DNA from: Longimicrobiales bacterium | GTDB lineage: Bacteria; Gemmatimonadota; Gemmatimonadetes; Longimicrobiales; Gaopeijiaceae | Assembly: GCA_965219445.1 (NCBI GenBank) | Contig: CBDCNQ010000003.1 | Coordinates: forward strand, 64,001-128,000 | Direction: 5' to 3' | DNA: 64,000 nucleotides | In this document: positions 10,375 through 20,083 of the stretch, piece by piece | How the letters are laid out: the number at the start of each line of letters is the position of its first letter | Numbering within the stretch: the first letter of the stretch is position 1 | Notes under the pieces: model-generated | Told to the model about the DNA's origin: nothing | Databases searched by the model: none | What the model saw: only the letters and a program-made list of their open reading frames with translations | Program-made: the position numbers and the translations under genes

Positions 10375-12075
10375 CTAGTACACCACCGCCATCCCGTCCT
10401 TGTGCGGCGTCGACCCGCCGATCATCGCACCGGTGAGCCGATCGAACATGATCAGCTGAGCGCCTCCTACACCTCCGCGGGTCGTTCTCCGTTGGACCAC
10501 GTGACCCATCGCTTCGAGCCGGGTCAATACCGCCTCGTCGATGCCGGGTTCGACGGTCACTTCGAGCCCGCTGCCGTGATTGATCCGAGGGATCTCGACG
10601 GCTTGCTGGGCGTTCATTCCGAATTCGACGACGTTCAGGAAGATCTGCGCGTGCTGTTGGGGCTGAACCGCGCCACCCATGGCCCCGAACGTCATGAAAA
10701 ACTCACCGTCCTTGAACGCCATCGCCGGGATGATCGTGTGGAATGGGCGCTTGTGCGGCTCGACGACGTTGATGTGGCCGGGCTGGCGCGAGAAGAGTGC
10801 GGCCCGGTTCTGCAGCGGAAAGCCGGTTCCCGGAGCCACGAGTCCCGAGCCGAAGCCCGAGTAGATACTGTAGATGAACGAGACGGCGTTGTGGTCCTTG
10901 TCCATGACCTCGAGGAGGACCGTGTCTCCGTTGCCGAAGATGCCCGATTCGGGTCGCTCCATGGCCCTCTTCGAGTCGATGCGCTCGAACTGCTGCCGAG
11001 CGTACTCGGTGGAGATGATCTGCTGGGTCGGGAGATTGTTGAACTCCGGATCCCCGTTCCATTTCTGAATGTCTGCGTAGGCGAGCTTCTTCGCCTCGAT
11101 GATGTGATGGAGGTACTCCGCGGAGTTGTGGCCCATCGCGGCGAGGTCGACGTTTTCGAGGATCTGGATCATCTCGAGCGCGGCGATGCCCTGACCGTTG
11201 GGCGGCAGCTCGTAGAGCCGGTAGTTCTTGTAGTCGGCGAAGATCGGCTCGACCCACGTCGAGGTGTGATCCTCGAAGTCCTTCATGGTGAGGAAGCCGT
11301 CATGCTGGTCGGAGTACGCCACGATCGCTTCGGCGATCGGGCCTTTGTAGAAGGCGTCCCGGCCGTGCTCGGCGAGCAGCCTGAACGAGTGAGCCAAATC
11401 CGGGTTACGGAACACATCGCCGGCCCTGGGCGCACGCTCGCCGTCGAGGAGCAGCGCGGCCCTCGTCGACGACTCTTCATTCCGCTCGAGCCCCCGCCAG
11501 GAGCCAGCGATGATGGGCGAGACGGGGAAGCCATTCTCGGCGTAGTAGATCGCGGGCTCGAGAACGTCGGCCATGGTCATGGTCCCGTACTGCTCGAGCA
11601 CCTCGAACCATCCGTCGACCGCCCCGGGCACCGAGACGGAGTAGATGCCACGGATGCGATCCATGTCATGCTTGTCCAGCCTCGTGTTCAGCGCGTCGAG
11701 CGTCATCGAGTATGGAGCCCGCCCGCTCGCATTGATACCGACGAGCTTATCCTCTTCTGCCATGTAGATCATGATGAACGCGTCACCGCCGATGCTCGTG
11801 CTGTTGGGTTCGACCACAGTCAGCACGGCCGCGGTAGCGACGGCGGCGTCGATCGCGTTGCCGCCCTTCTTCAGGATGTCGAGTCCGGCGTTCGAGGCGA
11901 GCGGTTGGCTCGTGGCCACGACCCCGCGGAGCCCCATGGCCGGGGAACGCAGCGTCTCGTATGGGAATCCCTCGTCGTCCTGTGCCTCGCCGGGTTGTGT
12001 GCCTGGACCGACGAAGAGGGCGGGAAGCAGCAGGATGAGGGCCGTGGGCAGGTGCTCGACGGTGGTGCTCAGCAT
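10375..12075 (-). CDS. ggt: Gamma-glutamyltransferase
   Basis: GGNAIDAAVA, IGGDAF, VPGAVDGW, PPNGQG, GDT nucleophile Thr, KRPFHT, GAMGG; RBS GAGGAG. Confidence 0.93.
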   Translation of the reverse strand: MLSTTVEHLPTALILLLPALFVGPGTQPGEAQDDEGFPYETLRSPAMGLRGVVATSQPLASNAGLDILKKGGNAIDAAVATAAVLTVVEPNSTSIGGDAFIMIYMAEEDKLVGINASGRAPYSMTLDALNTRLDKHDMDRIRGIYSVSVPGAVDGWFEVLEQYGTMTMADVLEPAIYYAENGFPVSPIIAGSWRGLERNEESSTRAALLLDGERAPRAGDVFRNPDLAHSFRLLAEHGRDAFYKGPIAEAIVAYSDQHDGFLTMKDFEDHTSTWVEPIFADYKNYRLYELPPNGQGIAALEMIQILENVDLAAMGHNSAEYLHHIIEAKKLAYADIQKWNGDPEFNNLPTQQIISTEYARQQFERIDSKRAMERPESGIFGNGDTVLLEVMDKDHNAVSFIYSIYSGFGSGLVAPGTGFPLQNRAALFSRQPGHINVVEPHKRPFHTIIPAMAFKDGEFFMTFGAMGGAVQPQQHAQIFLNVVEFGMNAQQAVEIPRINHGSGLEVTVEPGIDEAVLTRLEAMGHVVQRRTTRGGVGGAQLIMFDRLTGAMIGGSTPHKDGMAVVY

Positions 12076-12347
12076 GGTTCTCCTCTCGGTATCAGTTGTC
12101 CTGCATACTACTCGCGCTCGATGTGTCCGTCGAGATCCGCACGGTCGGGATAGCCAACCCAAAAGCCCCTTGACGGGTGGGGAGAACGTGAGGGGCGGGA
12201 CCGAAGCGGTCAACGGCGTTACGGATCGACGAAATCGGGGTCGACATCGTATGAGTGGGCCGGTGGCCGAAAGCACGGTGCTGATCGCTTTTCGAGTGTG
12301 CGTGCGTTACATCTGTATACGATTCCCATCGGCTAGGAGAACGGGAG

Positions 12348-13388
12348 ATGAGCACACGATCTTCGACTACGCTTCTGGGGCTCTGCCTCGCGACGGCTGC
12401 GGCAGCGCTGCTGTCGCCCGCAGCGGCTCAGCAGTGGGTGATGCTCCGGACCCCCGACGGTCATCCGGATCTCCAGGGAAAGTGGAACAACGGGACCATG
12501 ACGCCCTTCCAGCGTAGAGGAGACCGTGGGCCGGTCTTCACCCCGGAGGAGGTTGCCGAGATGGAGCAGGGACATGCGGACCGTCTCGTCCGTGGCGCCC
12601 TGCCAAGCGACCCGAACCGTCCGGCCCCACCAACGGGTCAGGGAGTTGGTAGCTACAACGTGGTCTGGTTCGAGCAAGGCGATCGGGTGGCAGTCGTCAA
12701 CGGTGAGCCCCGGACCTCGCTCATCACCTATCCTTCCAACGGCCGGATTCCTGCGCTCACGGCCGAGGGCCAGGAGCGGAAGGACGAATACCATGGGTTC
12801 CGGTCGCAGTTCGGCCAGTACGACCATCCGGAGCTTCGGCCGATGGCGGAACGTTGCGTCGTCTATTACGGGTTGAGCCCCACCGGCCTCCTCGGGCCTC
12901 CGATGACGCCCACAGGGGGATACAACAACAACTTCCACGTCATCCAGACGGCGGACTACGTCGTGATCTACGCGGAGATGATCCACGACATCCGGATCAT
13001 CCGGCTCGGCGAGCCGAATCGGCTGCCAAGTCACGTGCGGCCCTGGTTCGGCGACTCCTGGGGCCGCTGGGAGGGCAACACGCTGGTGGTCGAGACCACC
13101 AACATCCACCCCGACATGGGCTACGATGAGCAAGCCGACAAGATCCCTAATTCAGAGGATCTGAGAGTGATCGAGCGCTTCACCCGAGTCGACGAAGACA
13201 ACATGCTCTACGAGTTCGAGATTCACGACCCGAGGACCTACACCGAGGTGTGGGGCGGGCAGGTGCCCTGGCGGAGGTTCGACGAGCAGATCTACGAATA
13301 CGCCTGTCACGAGGGCAACTACGCGCTCGCGAACGTCTTGAGTGGTGCGCGCTACCAGGAAAGGCAGGCGGCGGAAAGTCGGCCCTAG
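12348..13388 (+). CDS. Conserved exported hypothetical protein (PDLQG.W ... EYACHEGNY family)
   Basis: Signal peptide; GC-rich codon usage; motifs GDSWGRWEGNTLVVETTN, IERFTR, YEYACHEGNY. Confidence 0.8.
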   Translation: MSTRSSTTLLGLCLATAAAALLSPAAAQQWVMLRTPDGHPDLQGKWNNGTMTPFQRRGDRGPVFTPEEVAEMEQGHADRLVRGALPSDPNRPAPPTGQGVGSYNVVWFEQGDRVAVVNGEPRTSLITYPSNGRIPALTAEGQERKDEYHGFRSQFGQYDHPELRPMAERCVVYYGLSPTGLLGPPMTPTGGYNNNFHVIQTADYVVIYAEMIHDIRIIRLGEPNRLPSHVRPWFGDSWGRWEGNTLVVETTNIHPDMGYDEQADKIPNSEDLRVIERFTRVDEDNMLYEFEIHDPRTYTEVWGGQVPWRRFDEQIYEYACHEGNYALANVLSGARYQERQAAESRP

Positions 13389-13829
13389 TCGGGGTGTCAA
13401 ATGCCGCCGGGCGCGTCCCACTCCCAAGTCTTGGAGACGAGTGTTCCGCGCATGCTGAACGAGCAATCCCTTGTTGGTTCGGTTTATCGAATAAGCTGAA
13501 CTAAGATGGTGCTTTGGTTCAGGCTCGCAAGCATCAAATACTGACCCGCAAGGGTCAGGCGGTGCGTCCCACCGCAAGTTAGAGGCATCGGACATCGAGC
13601 AGTCCGTGGATGGGCCGATCAAACACCAGTGCCCTCCCCTTGCTGATCATTGTTCGACTCCGTAGCGTCGGACTTGGCGCAGCTTCCTGCAACCGACAGC
13701 ACCTGACCACATGCACCGAACCGTTCGAAGAAAAGCTTGCATCAAAGGGGGCGTCCATAGACGACAGCACCTGACCACATGCACCGAACCGGAACCTGTC
13801 AACGCCAGTGAGACACTCTTGGAAATCAA

Positions 13830-14837
13830 TTAGAGAGCAATCTCCTGTGTCGTGAGGGATGGGGTGGGAGGATTGATCCAGACGGCCTCCGGGAGTGGTT
13901 TAGGCTTCGGCTCACCGGAGACGAAGCGCTCGGGATGAGCGGCCCATGCCTCACGGAGCACGGCCTTCCTGCAGGCGATGATCCGATCGGCGTGACCGAA
14001 GTGGACCTGTTCGGGGGTCAGCATCGAGATGCCGCCATGGCGGTGCTCGGCATTATACCAACGGAAGAACGAGCGACAGAAGGTCTTGGCTTGCCCCTGA
14101 TCCCCGAACCGGCCGGGAAACGAGGGATGGTACTTCAAGGTCTTGAACTGAGCCTCGGAGAACGGATTGTCATCCGAGACCTGGGGTCGGCCCAACGAGC
14201 GGGTCACGCCGAGATCGGCGAGTAGTTGAGCCGTGCATTGGCTCGTCATCGGAGCCCCTCGATCGGAATGCAGGGTCAGGAGGTGGGGCTGGACGCCATG
14301 CTTCAAGCAACTCTGCTGGATCAGCCGGCTGGCCAGGGCAGAGTTCTCCCGATCCGCCACCATCCATCCCACGACGTAGCGGCTGAAGATGTCCAGGATC
14401 ACGTAGAGGTAGAAGTAACTCCACTTCTTCGGCCCCAGCAGCCGGGTGATATCCCAGGACCAGACCTGGTTCGGGCCCCTCGCCATCAACTCGGGCTTCT
14501 GGTATTTGGGATGACTCCGCTGCGCTCGACGCTCCTGAACCGGCACCTGGGAAGCCAGAACGCGATACATCGTACGCTCGCTGCACAGGTAGACGTCCTC
14601 GTCGAGCAGCGTCGCCACCACCTCGGCTGGGGACCGGTCCACGAACCGCTCCGAACACAGGGTGTCGAAAATCTTGTCCCGCTCCCTCTCACTTAAGGCC
14701 CGGGCGGGGGTCGGGCGGGGCTGCTGATGCCCGGTCGATGCACTCCGACGACGGTAGAACGTGGCTCGCGGCACCCTGAGCGCATCGCACGCGGGCTTCA
14801 CCCCTACGTGCTTGGCTAGCTCCTGGGTCGCCTTCAT
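13830..14837 (-). CDS. IS3-family transposase OrfB (DDE integrase core)
   Basis: PNQVWSWDIT, LHSDRG, DNPFSEAQFKTLK, WYNAEHRH; ATGA overlap with the orfA stop at 14834-14837. Confidence 0.93.
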   Translation of the reverse strand: MKATQELAKHVGVKPACDALRVPRATFYRRRSASTGHQQPRPTPARALSERERDKIFDTLCSERFVDRSPAEVVATLLDEDVYLCSERTMYRVLASQVPVQERRAQRSHPKYQKPELMARGPNQVWSWDITRLLGPKKWSYFYLYVILDIFSRYVVGWMVADRENSALASRLIQQSCLKHGVQPHLLTLHSDRGAPMTSQCTAQLLADLGVTRSLGRPQVSDDNPFSEAQFKTLKYHPSFPGRFGDQGQAKTFCRSFFRWYNAEHRHGGISMLTPEQVHFGHADRIIACRKAVLREAWAAHPERFVSGEPKPKPLPEAVWINPPTPSLTTQEIAL

Positions 14838-15283
14838 GAGTTCGTCCCGTCCTCGAGGCTCAATCCCAGCAGCCCTGCAACTTTTCCCTGGACGTCGATG
14901 ATCAAGTGCGCCTTCTGGAGCTCCTTCTCGAGGCGAGTGTTCTCGCGCTCCAGCTTGCGCACCTTCTCCTCCAGCGGATTGCGCTCGCGCTTACGGCCTC
15001 GTTTCTTCGACAGCGCTTTCAGGGACCCGCTATGCGCCGCCTTGCGCCATGTCGTCAGGTGCGACGAGTACAAGCCCTCCCGCCGTAGGAGTCGGCCAAC
15101 CTCTCCGGGCTCCGTGCACCGGTCCGCTTCTTCGACGATCCGCAGCTTGTACGACGGAGCGAACCGCCGGCGCAGCGGCCTATCTACCACCTCCGAGTCC
15201 GCAGGAGCTGCCGCGCTTCGCTTACCGTCCCAGGTTGGTGGGGCTATTCCATTCTCTTTCATTCTCTCTCGGTGTCTCAGCAT
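14834..15283 (-). CDS. IS3-family transposase OrfA (HTH plus coiled coil)
   Basis: RRRFAPSYKLRIVEEAD..LLRREGLYSSHLTTWR followed by a heptad coiled coil. Confidence 0.88.
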   Translation of the reverse strand: MLRHRERMKENGIAPPTWDGKRSAAAPADSEVVDRPLRRRFAPSYKLRIVEEADRCTEPGEVGRLLRREGLYSSHLTTWRKAAHSGSLKALSKKRGRKRERNPLEEKVRKLERENTRLEKELQKAHLIIDVQGKVAGLLGLSLEDGTNS

Positions 15284-15575
15284 CCTCGGTTTCTCTGCCT
15301 TCGCCCTACTCTAATTCCTTAGCTGCTCCGTGTCTCACGTAAGTTGGCAGAGAGGGAACCGTTCGAAGAAAAGCTTGCATCAAAGGGGGCGTCCATAGAC
15401 GACAGCACCTGACCACATGCACCGAACCGTTCGAAGAAAAGCTTGCATCAAAGGGGGCGTCCATAGACGTTCGTTCGACACTTGAGCCGAGGAAAGATTG
15501 GGGACGCAGAGTGCGGCCAAGAGCAGGGAGAGATGGCGCCTGATTGGTTCGAATCCTCCTGCGCTGCGGGGACGG

Positions 15576-17053
15576 TCAGCGGAGTTCGCGCACGCCGACG
15601 TAGAAGTTGGGGTCCACCCGGGTCCGACCCCCCGACGCCACCGATTGCCACTCCGTTATTGGGAATAGCCGTGTGTATCCGTCGCCATCCAGCGATACCC
15701 CAATAGGCATGTCGAAATCGGCCACGACGTTGTTCCATCGGTAGGAGATCGAGTCCCCATCCGTCCGATACTCGAAAGTCGGGATCATGGTTGTTCGTAG
15801 GTACTGATCGAACACTTTCGACAGGTCAACGCCCACCCGTTCGCTGATGTATCGCTCGACGTCCTCGCCGGTCACGATGGAATGCCGGAAGGTTGTGTTG
15901 AGGCCACGCAGAATGTCCCGCCAGAGAACGTCATCATCCACGACTTGGCGGAGGGTGTGCAGTAGATTGGCGCCCTTGTTGTACATGTCGTCGGACCCGT
16001 CGCTGTTGACCCCGAAGCTCCCGACCACGGGCAGTTGGTTGGTGATCCTCGTGCGCGTGCCGATCACGTATTCGGAGGCGCGTTCCTCGCTCCCGGTGAG
16101 ACACTCGACGTAGAGGTTCTCCGCATAGGTTGCGAAGCCCTCGTGGATCCAGTTTTCCGCCACGTCTGCGGCCGTGATGTTGTTCCCCCACCACTCGTGC
16201 GCCGACTCGTGTACGATGATGTAATCCCACGTGAGGCCTTGGCCCGTTCCGGACAGATCGTTGCCGAGGTACCCATTCTGGTAGCCGTTCCCGTAAGCCA
16301 CCGCGCTCTGGTGTTCCATACCGAGGTGCGGCGTTTCAATGAGCTTGAAACCGTCCTCGTACCAGGGGAACGGTCCGAACCATTCCTCGAAGCAGCGAAG
16401 GGTGGGGTGTGCCTGCGCCCACTGCCTCCGCGCAGCCGCCTCGTCTCCGCGAGTGGCCAGAAGTCCATCGTCAACGTGCCGAGTTCGCCCTGGTACTCCT
16501 CTTCCCAGTGGGCGTACTCGCCCATGCTCACGGTGATGTTGTAGCTGTTGATCGGATTGGCGACGAACCACTCGTACGTCGTGGTGCCATCACCATTCCT
16601 CGTCGTCGAGCGCAACCGGCCGTTCGAGACGTCCACGTAGGGATCGGGCACGGTGATGGCGATGCGTTGACTGTCGGGCTCGGCGGATTGCAGGTCCTTG
16701 GTCGGCCACCACACGCTGGCTCCGAGTCCCTGGTTGGCGGTGGCCACCCAGGGATTTCCGCTGCGGTCCTCCCGCCAGATGAAACCCCCATCCCACGGGG
16801 GGTTCTCTGCTGCCCTCGGGATGCCGTGGTAGTACGCGGTGACCTCCTTGGTCAGTCCGGCCGCCTGGTCGGATCGAAGCGCCACGAAGAACGCGTTGCC
16901 ATCCCTGCGGTACTCGATCGCCCGGCCGTCCTGCACGATGCTGTCGATCTCCATCGGCATCTGCAGGTCGATTTGCATTTCTGTGGCCGGCTCGAGCACC
17001 CGGTAGGTGATCCGGTTCCACCCCTCTATTCGCTCGTTCGCTGAGTCGATCGT
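15576..17053 (-). pseudogene. M1-family aminopeptidase, 3' part (5' end displaced to 25074-25220; 1-bp deletion near 16444)
   Basis: GMEHQS, HESAHEWWGN..WIHEGF (HEXXH-X18-E), YNKGA; split over ORFs 16064-16999 and 15576-16571; no signal peptide or start in situ. Confidence 0.9.
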
Positions 17054-18089
17054 GAATCAACTCCTCAGCGGAAAGACGGCTTTGGGCCACGGTGATCTGG
17101 TCCAAGCGGACCCGGAGGCCTATACCCTCCTCGAGGAGGGTCTTCACCATTCGAGAGATTTCCTCTCTCGGCATTCCCTCCGTCGCCAGCACGTGAATCC
17201 GAAGCCCTTCAACGCTGTCGACGACGATACGTGCGGAAGCGATGGCCCTCGCCGACTCCAGAAGCGATTCGCCCCGTTCACGTAGTATCGCCCGCGGGTC
17301 AGCCCCGCCACCTGACTCGATCAGTTCCGTCGCCTCCCAGGCCGGTCGACCTCCCTTCATCGACAACCGGGTCACCCTGCGAGCCGTGGCCTCGAGTGTT
17401 GCACGAACAACGGCGGGGCCGGAGTCCCCCGTCAACGGCCAGGCGGCGATGAGCGGCACCGCATGTTCAGACATCGTGACCACCACCACCACCGCCACGC
17501 GCGAGCCACCAAGGGAAAATTCGGATACGCTCTCGAGCGCGAGGGTCGGCCCGTCGCCGCCCTCAGATGCGAAACGAATGTAAGAGCCGACAGCGCTCAG
17601 TGTGGCCAGGGCAGGTAACCGATCGCTGCCTGGAGAGTTGGCCTTCCCTGACGCGCCCCCGGCATAGCGACGGCCCCCGACGCTGAGGGTCAACTCGACT
17701 CCGACGACCCCCGGGCTGACGTCATGCACCTGGTGAGCTATGAGTCTGAAGCCCCCCGTTTCGGGCGTATCTGGTGTGGCCGTAACAGGGTCTTCGTGGG
17801 GCTCATCCCGGACCTGGAGGGACCCGTCGCCCACCGACGTAACCTGGATACGGAATAAGGCTCCTAGCGCGGGCTCGTCGGCGTTCGCCTGGAGAGCAGT
17901 ACGAACCGCCTCGAGCGTTTCCGAAACGGGCGGATCTCCCTCGACCAGAAGGCGCACCTCAGGCGCATTGGCCAGGTCACCCTCTAGGGAGGCGGAAAGC
18001 ACCCCCGGTAAAGCCTCCAGGAGGCGCTCCGCCCCATGCATCCACGTCGAAAATTTCTCCACTCGGGAGGCCCCCAACGCAATATCCAA
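17054..18089 (-). pseudogene. Hypothetical protein, 5' part (~345 codons; continues at 25220-25987)
   Basis: Natural-looking sequence up to QITVAQSRLSAEELI, then reads out of frame through the M1 gene; start codon uncertain. Confidence 0.75.
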
Positions 18090-18285
18090 AGGCAGGAGGT
18101 ACTGATTCTTGGGATAGAGTCGGGTTTGTGCAAGTTCCGTCGAGTGGAGATTCCACCAAGGACGCCTGGCACGCCTGTAATCTCACTCGGGTTGCAGTTT
18201 ACGGCTCGACTCGGCATGGTGATCCCCTAGCAGGGCCGGAGGCACACATCGAGTGCCGGAGACACTTCACGAGGAGGTGACCTGG

Positions 18286-19197
18286 ATGCCGTCCGTCCAG
18301 ACGCGGGTGAAAGGAGCCGTACTCGCGGTCGCCCTCGGCGTGTGGGTCGGCGGGGGCGCGGCCCAGGATAGCGACGTTTCACTCGCCGGCGCCATCGATT
18401 TTCACGTGCACTCCGGCCCCGACTCCCGCCCGCGATCGATGACCGATCTGGAAGTGGCCCGTATGACGAGACGTGCCGGTCTGCGCGGCATCGTGCTGAA
18501 GAACCACTTCACCATGACGGCCGACCGAGCGGAGCTGGCGATGAGGCAGGTCGAGGGTCTCGAGATATTCGGCGGGGTCGTCTTGAACCGGGCCGTCGGC
18601 GGGCTCAACGCCGAAGCGGTGCGCCAGATGGTGCAGTTCGACGGCCGGCGGGGGAAGGTGGTCTGGCTGCCGACGTTCGACGCGGAGTATCCCGTCACCG
18701 CGCAGGGCGGGGCGGGTCCTTTCGTGTCGGTGACACAGGCGGGGGCGCCGGTCCGCGAGCTCGCGGAGATCTTCAGACTCGTGGCCGAGCACGACCTCGT
18801 GCTCGCCATGGGGCATTCGGCACCCGAGGAAGTGCTGGTCCTCATCCCCGAGGCGCGCCGCCACGGTGTCGAGCAGATCCTCGTGACGCACGCGTTCTCA
18901 CAGAACCCCTCACGCGCACAGATGCAGCAGATGGCGGACGCCGGCGCGCTTCTCGAGATCGACTGGCACGCGGTGGATCTTGGAAACCAGACCCTGGCCA
19001 CGTATGTCTCGGCCATCGAGGAGATCGGCGCGGAGCATTTCGTGATGTCGTCGGATCTCGGACAGGCAATTGGCCCGTCGCATGTCGATGGCCTGCGCGC
19101 CTACGTCACCGCGCTTCGCGGTGCTGGCGTCACCGACGACGAGATCGACCTGATGTTGCGACGGAATCCGGCGCGGTTGCTGGGTTTGGAGCCCTAG
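18286..19197 (+). CDS. Exported amidohydrolase-superfamily protein (DUF6282-like)
   Basis: IDFHVHSGPD, VLKNH, MGH, VTH, MSSDLGQ; GAGGAGG RBS; signal peptide. Confidence 0.82.
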   Translation: MPSVQTRVKGAVLAVALGVWVGGGAAQDSDVSLAGAIDFHVHSGPDSRPRSMTDLEVARMTRRAGLRGIVLKNHFTMTADRAELAMRQVEGLEIFGGVVLNRAVGGLNAEAVRQMVQFDGRRGKVVWLPTFDAEYPVTAQGGAGPFVSVTQAGAPVRELAEIFRLVAEHDLVLAMGHSAPEEVLVLIPEARRHGVEQILVTHAFSQNPSRAQMQQMADAGALLEIDWHAVDLGNQTLATYVSAIEEIGAEHFVMSSDLGQAIGPSHVDGLRAYVTALRGAGVTDDEIDLMLRRNPARLLGLEP

Positions 19198-19267
19198 GAT
19201 AACTGGAGAGCCGCACCGATACGCGGGCCTCCGCATCCTCGGCTCGGGCCACCTCAACGAGCGATCC

Positions 19268-20065
19268 ATGACCCCGGCAACCCATCCCACCCCTCTGCAC
19301 CGCAACGGCCTCCGGCTGCTCATCGCCCTCGCGGCAGCTTCTCCCCTGCCCATGTCTGCCCAGGTCAATGTAGAGGCGCTCCGGAGTGACGATCCACCGC
19401 TCGGATACTCGGGCACTTTCGGTGGGGATTTGACCCTGCGGACCGGAAACGTGGACTTGGTTCAGCTCGGTCTGAACGCACGCCTCTACAACGTGACGGA
19501 ATCGGTAACCCGGCTCATCGTAGGAAACGGGGGACTCGGTTTTCTCGGCGGGAGCCGCTTCTCATCGTCAGGTCTGTTGCACTATCGCCAAACCTACCGG
19601 TACGACGGCCTCGTCTCGCCAGAGTGGTGGGGGCAATTGAACTACGACCAGCCTCAACTCCTCGACTTCAGAATGATCACGGGGGGCGGAGTGCGGATCT
19701 CCTTCGCCAGCGGAGATTGGGGGCAGTTCGGTATGGGCGCTGCTCTCATGTTGGAACACGAGCGACTGGACCTCCCCGTTACCGCAGTGCACGATGATCG
19801 CACCACCAACATCCGGGGGAGCTACTTCCTCGCGCTGCGTCTGGTACCAACCGAGAACCTCGTGATCACGTCTACGACTTATCTACAGCCCGCCGTCAGC
19901 GACTGGGGTGACACGCGGACGCTCGCGAATCTTCGTATCGCGACCTCCGTGACGGATGCGTTGGACCTCACGGTATCGTTCGATCTCCGCTACGACGGAG
20001 GACCGCCCGACGGCATCAGCGCGCTGGATACGAGCTTGAGAACCGGGCTCAGATATTCCTACTGA
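19268..20065 (+). CDS. DUF481-like outer-membrane beta-barrel
   Basis: Signal peptide then QVNVEALR; amphipathic strands; C-terminal GLRYSY. Confidence 0.75.
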   Translation: MTPATHPTPLHRNGLRLLIALAAASPLPMSAQVNVEALRSDDPPLGYSGTFGGDLTLRTGNVDLVQLGLNARLYNVTESVTRLIVGNGGLGFLGGSRFSSSGLLHYRQTYRYDGLVSPEWWGQLNYDQPQLLDFRMITGGGVRISFASGDWGQFGMGAALMLEHERLDLPVTAVHDDRTTNIRGSYFLALRLVPTENLVITSTTYLQPAVSDWGDTRTLANLRIATSVTDALDLTVSFDLRYDGGPPDGISALDTSLRTGLRYSY

Positions 20066-20083
20066 GCGCCGCGGTGACAACCG

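Larger units (their letters stand above)
13792..15355 (-). mobile_element. IS3-family insertion sequence (~1.56 kb)
   Basis: orfA plus DDE orfB; imperfect 20-bp IRs TGTCAACGCCAGTGAGACAC (13797-13816) and revcomp TGCCAACTTACGTGAGACAC (15330-15349), 15/20 match; gaaccg duplicated at 13786-13791 and 15356-15361. Confidence 0.9.
13694..15467. repeat. Three identical 68-bp tandem units, the middle one interrupted by the IS
   Basis: Unit cgacagcacctgaccacatgcaccgaaccgttcgaagaaaagcttgcatcaaagggggcgtccataga at 13694-13761, 13762-13791 plus 15362-15399, and 15400-15467. Confidence 0.95.

Noticed and set aside
10246..12153. 635-aa plus-strand ORF (also 43447-44589, 47689-48846 and similar)
   Set aside because: Antisense shadows of well-supported genes, expected from GC-rich codon bias; no motifs.
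12166..12290. Several short hairpins between ggt and the 12348 gene
   Set aside because: No recognisable riboswitch core; compatible with chance in GC-rich DNA.
13694..15467. CRISPR interpretation of the 68-bp repeats
   Set aside because: The units are identical end to end with no unique spacers, and there are no cas genes.
15546..15556. GGTTCGAATCC tRNA T-loop-like motif
   Set aside because: The T-stem does not pair beyond 2 bp; no cloverleaf or CCA.
16590..18089. 499-aa ORF as an intact gene
   Set aside because: The last ~154 aa are an out-of-frame read of the M1 gene, created by the inversion junction.
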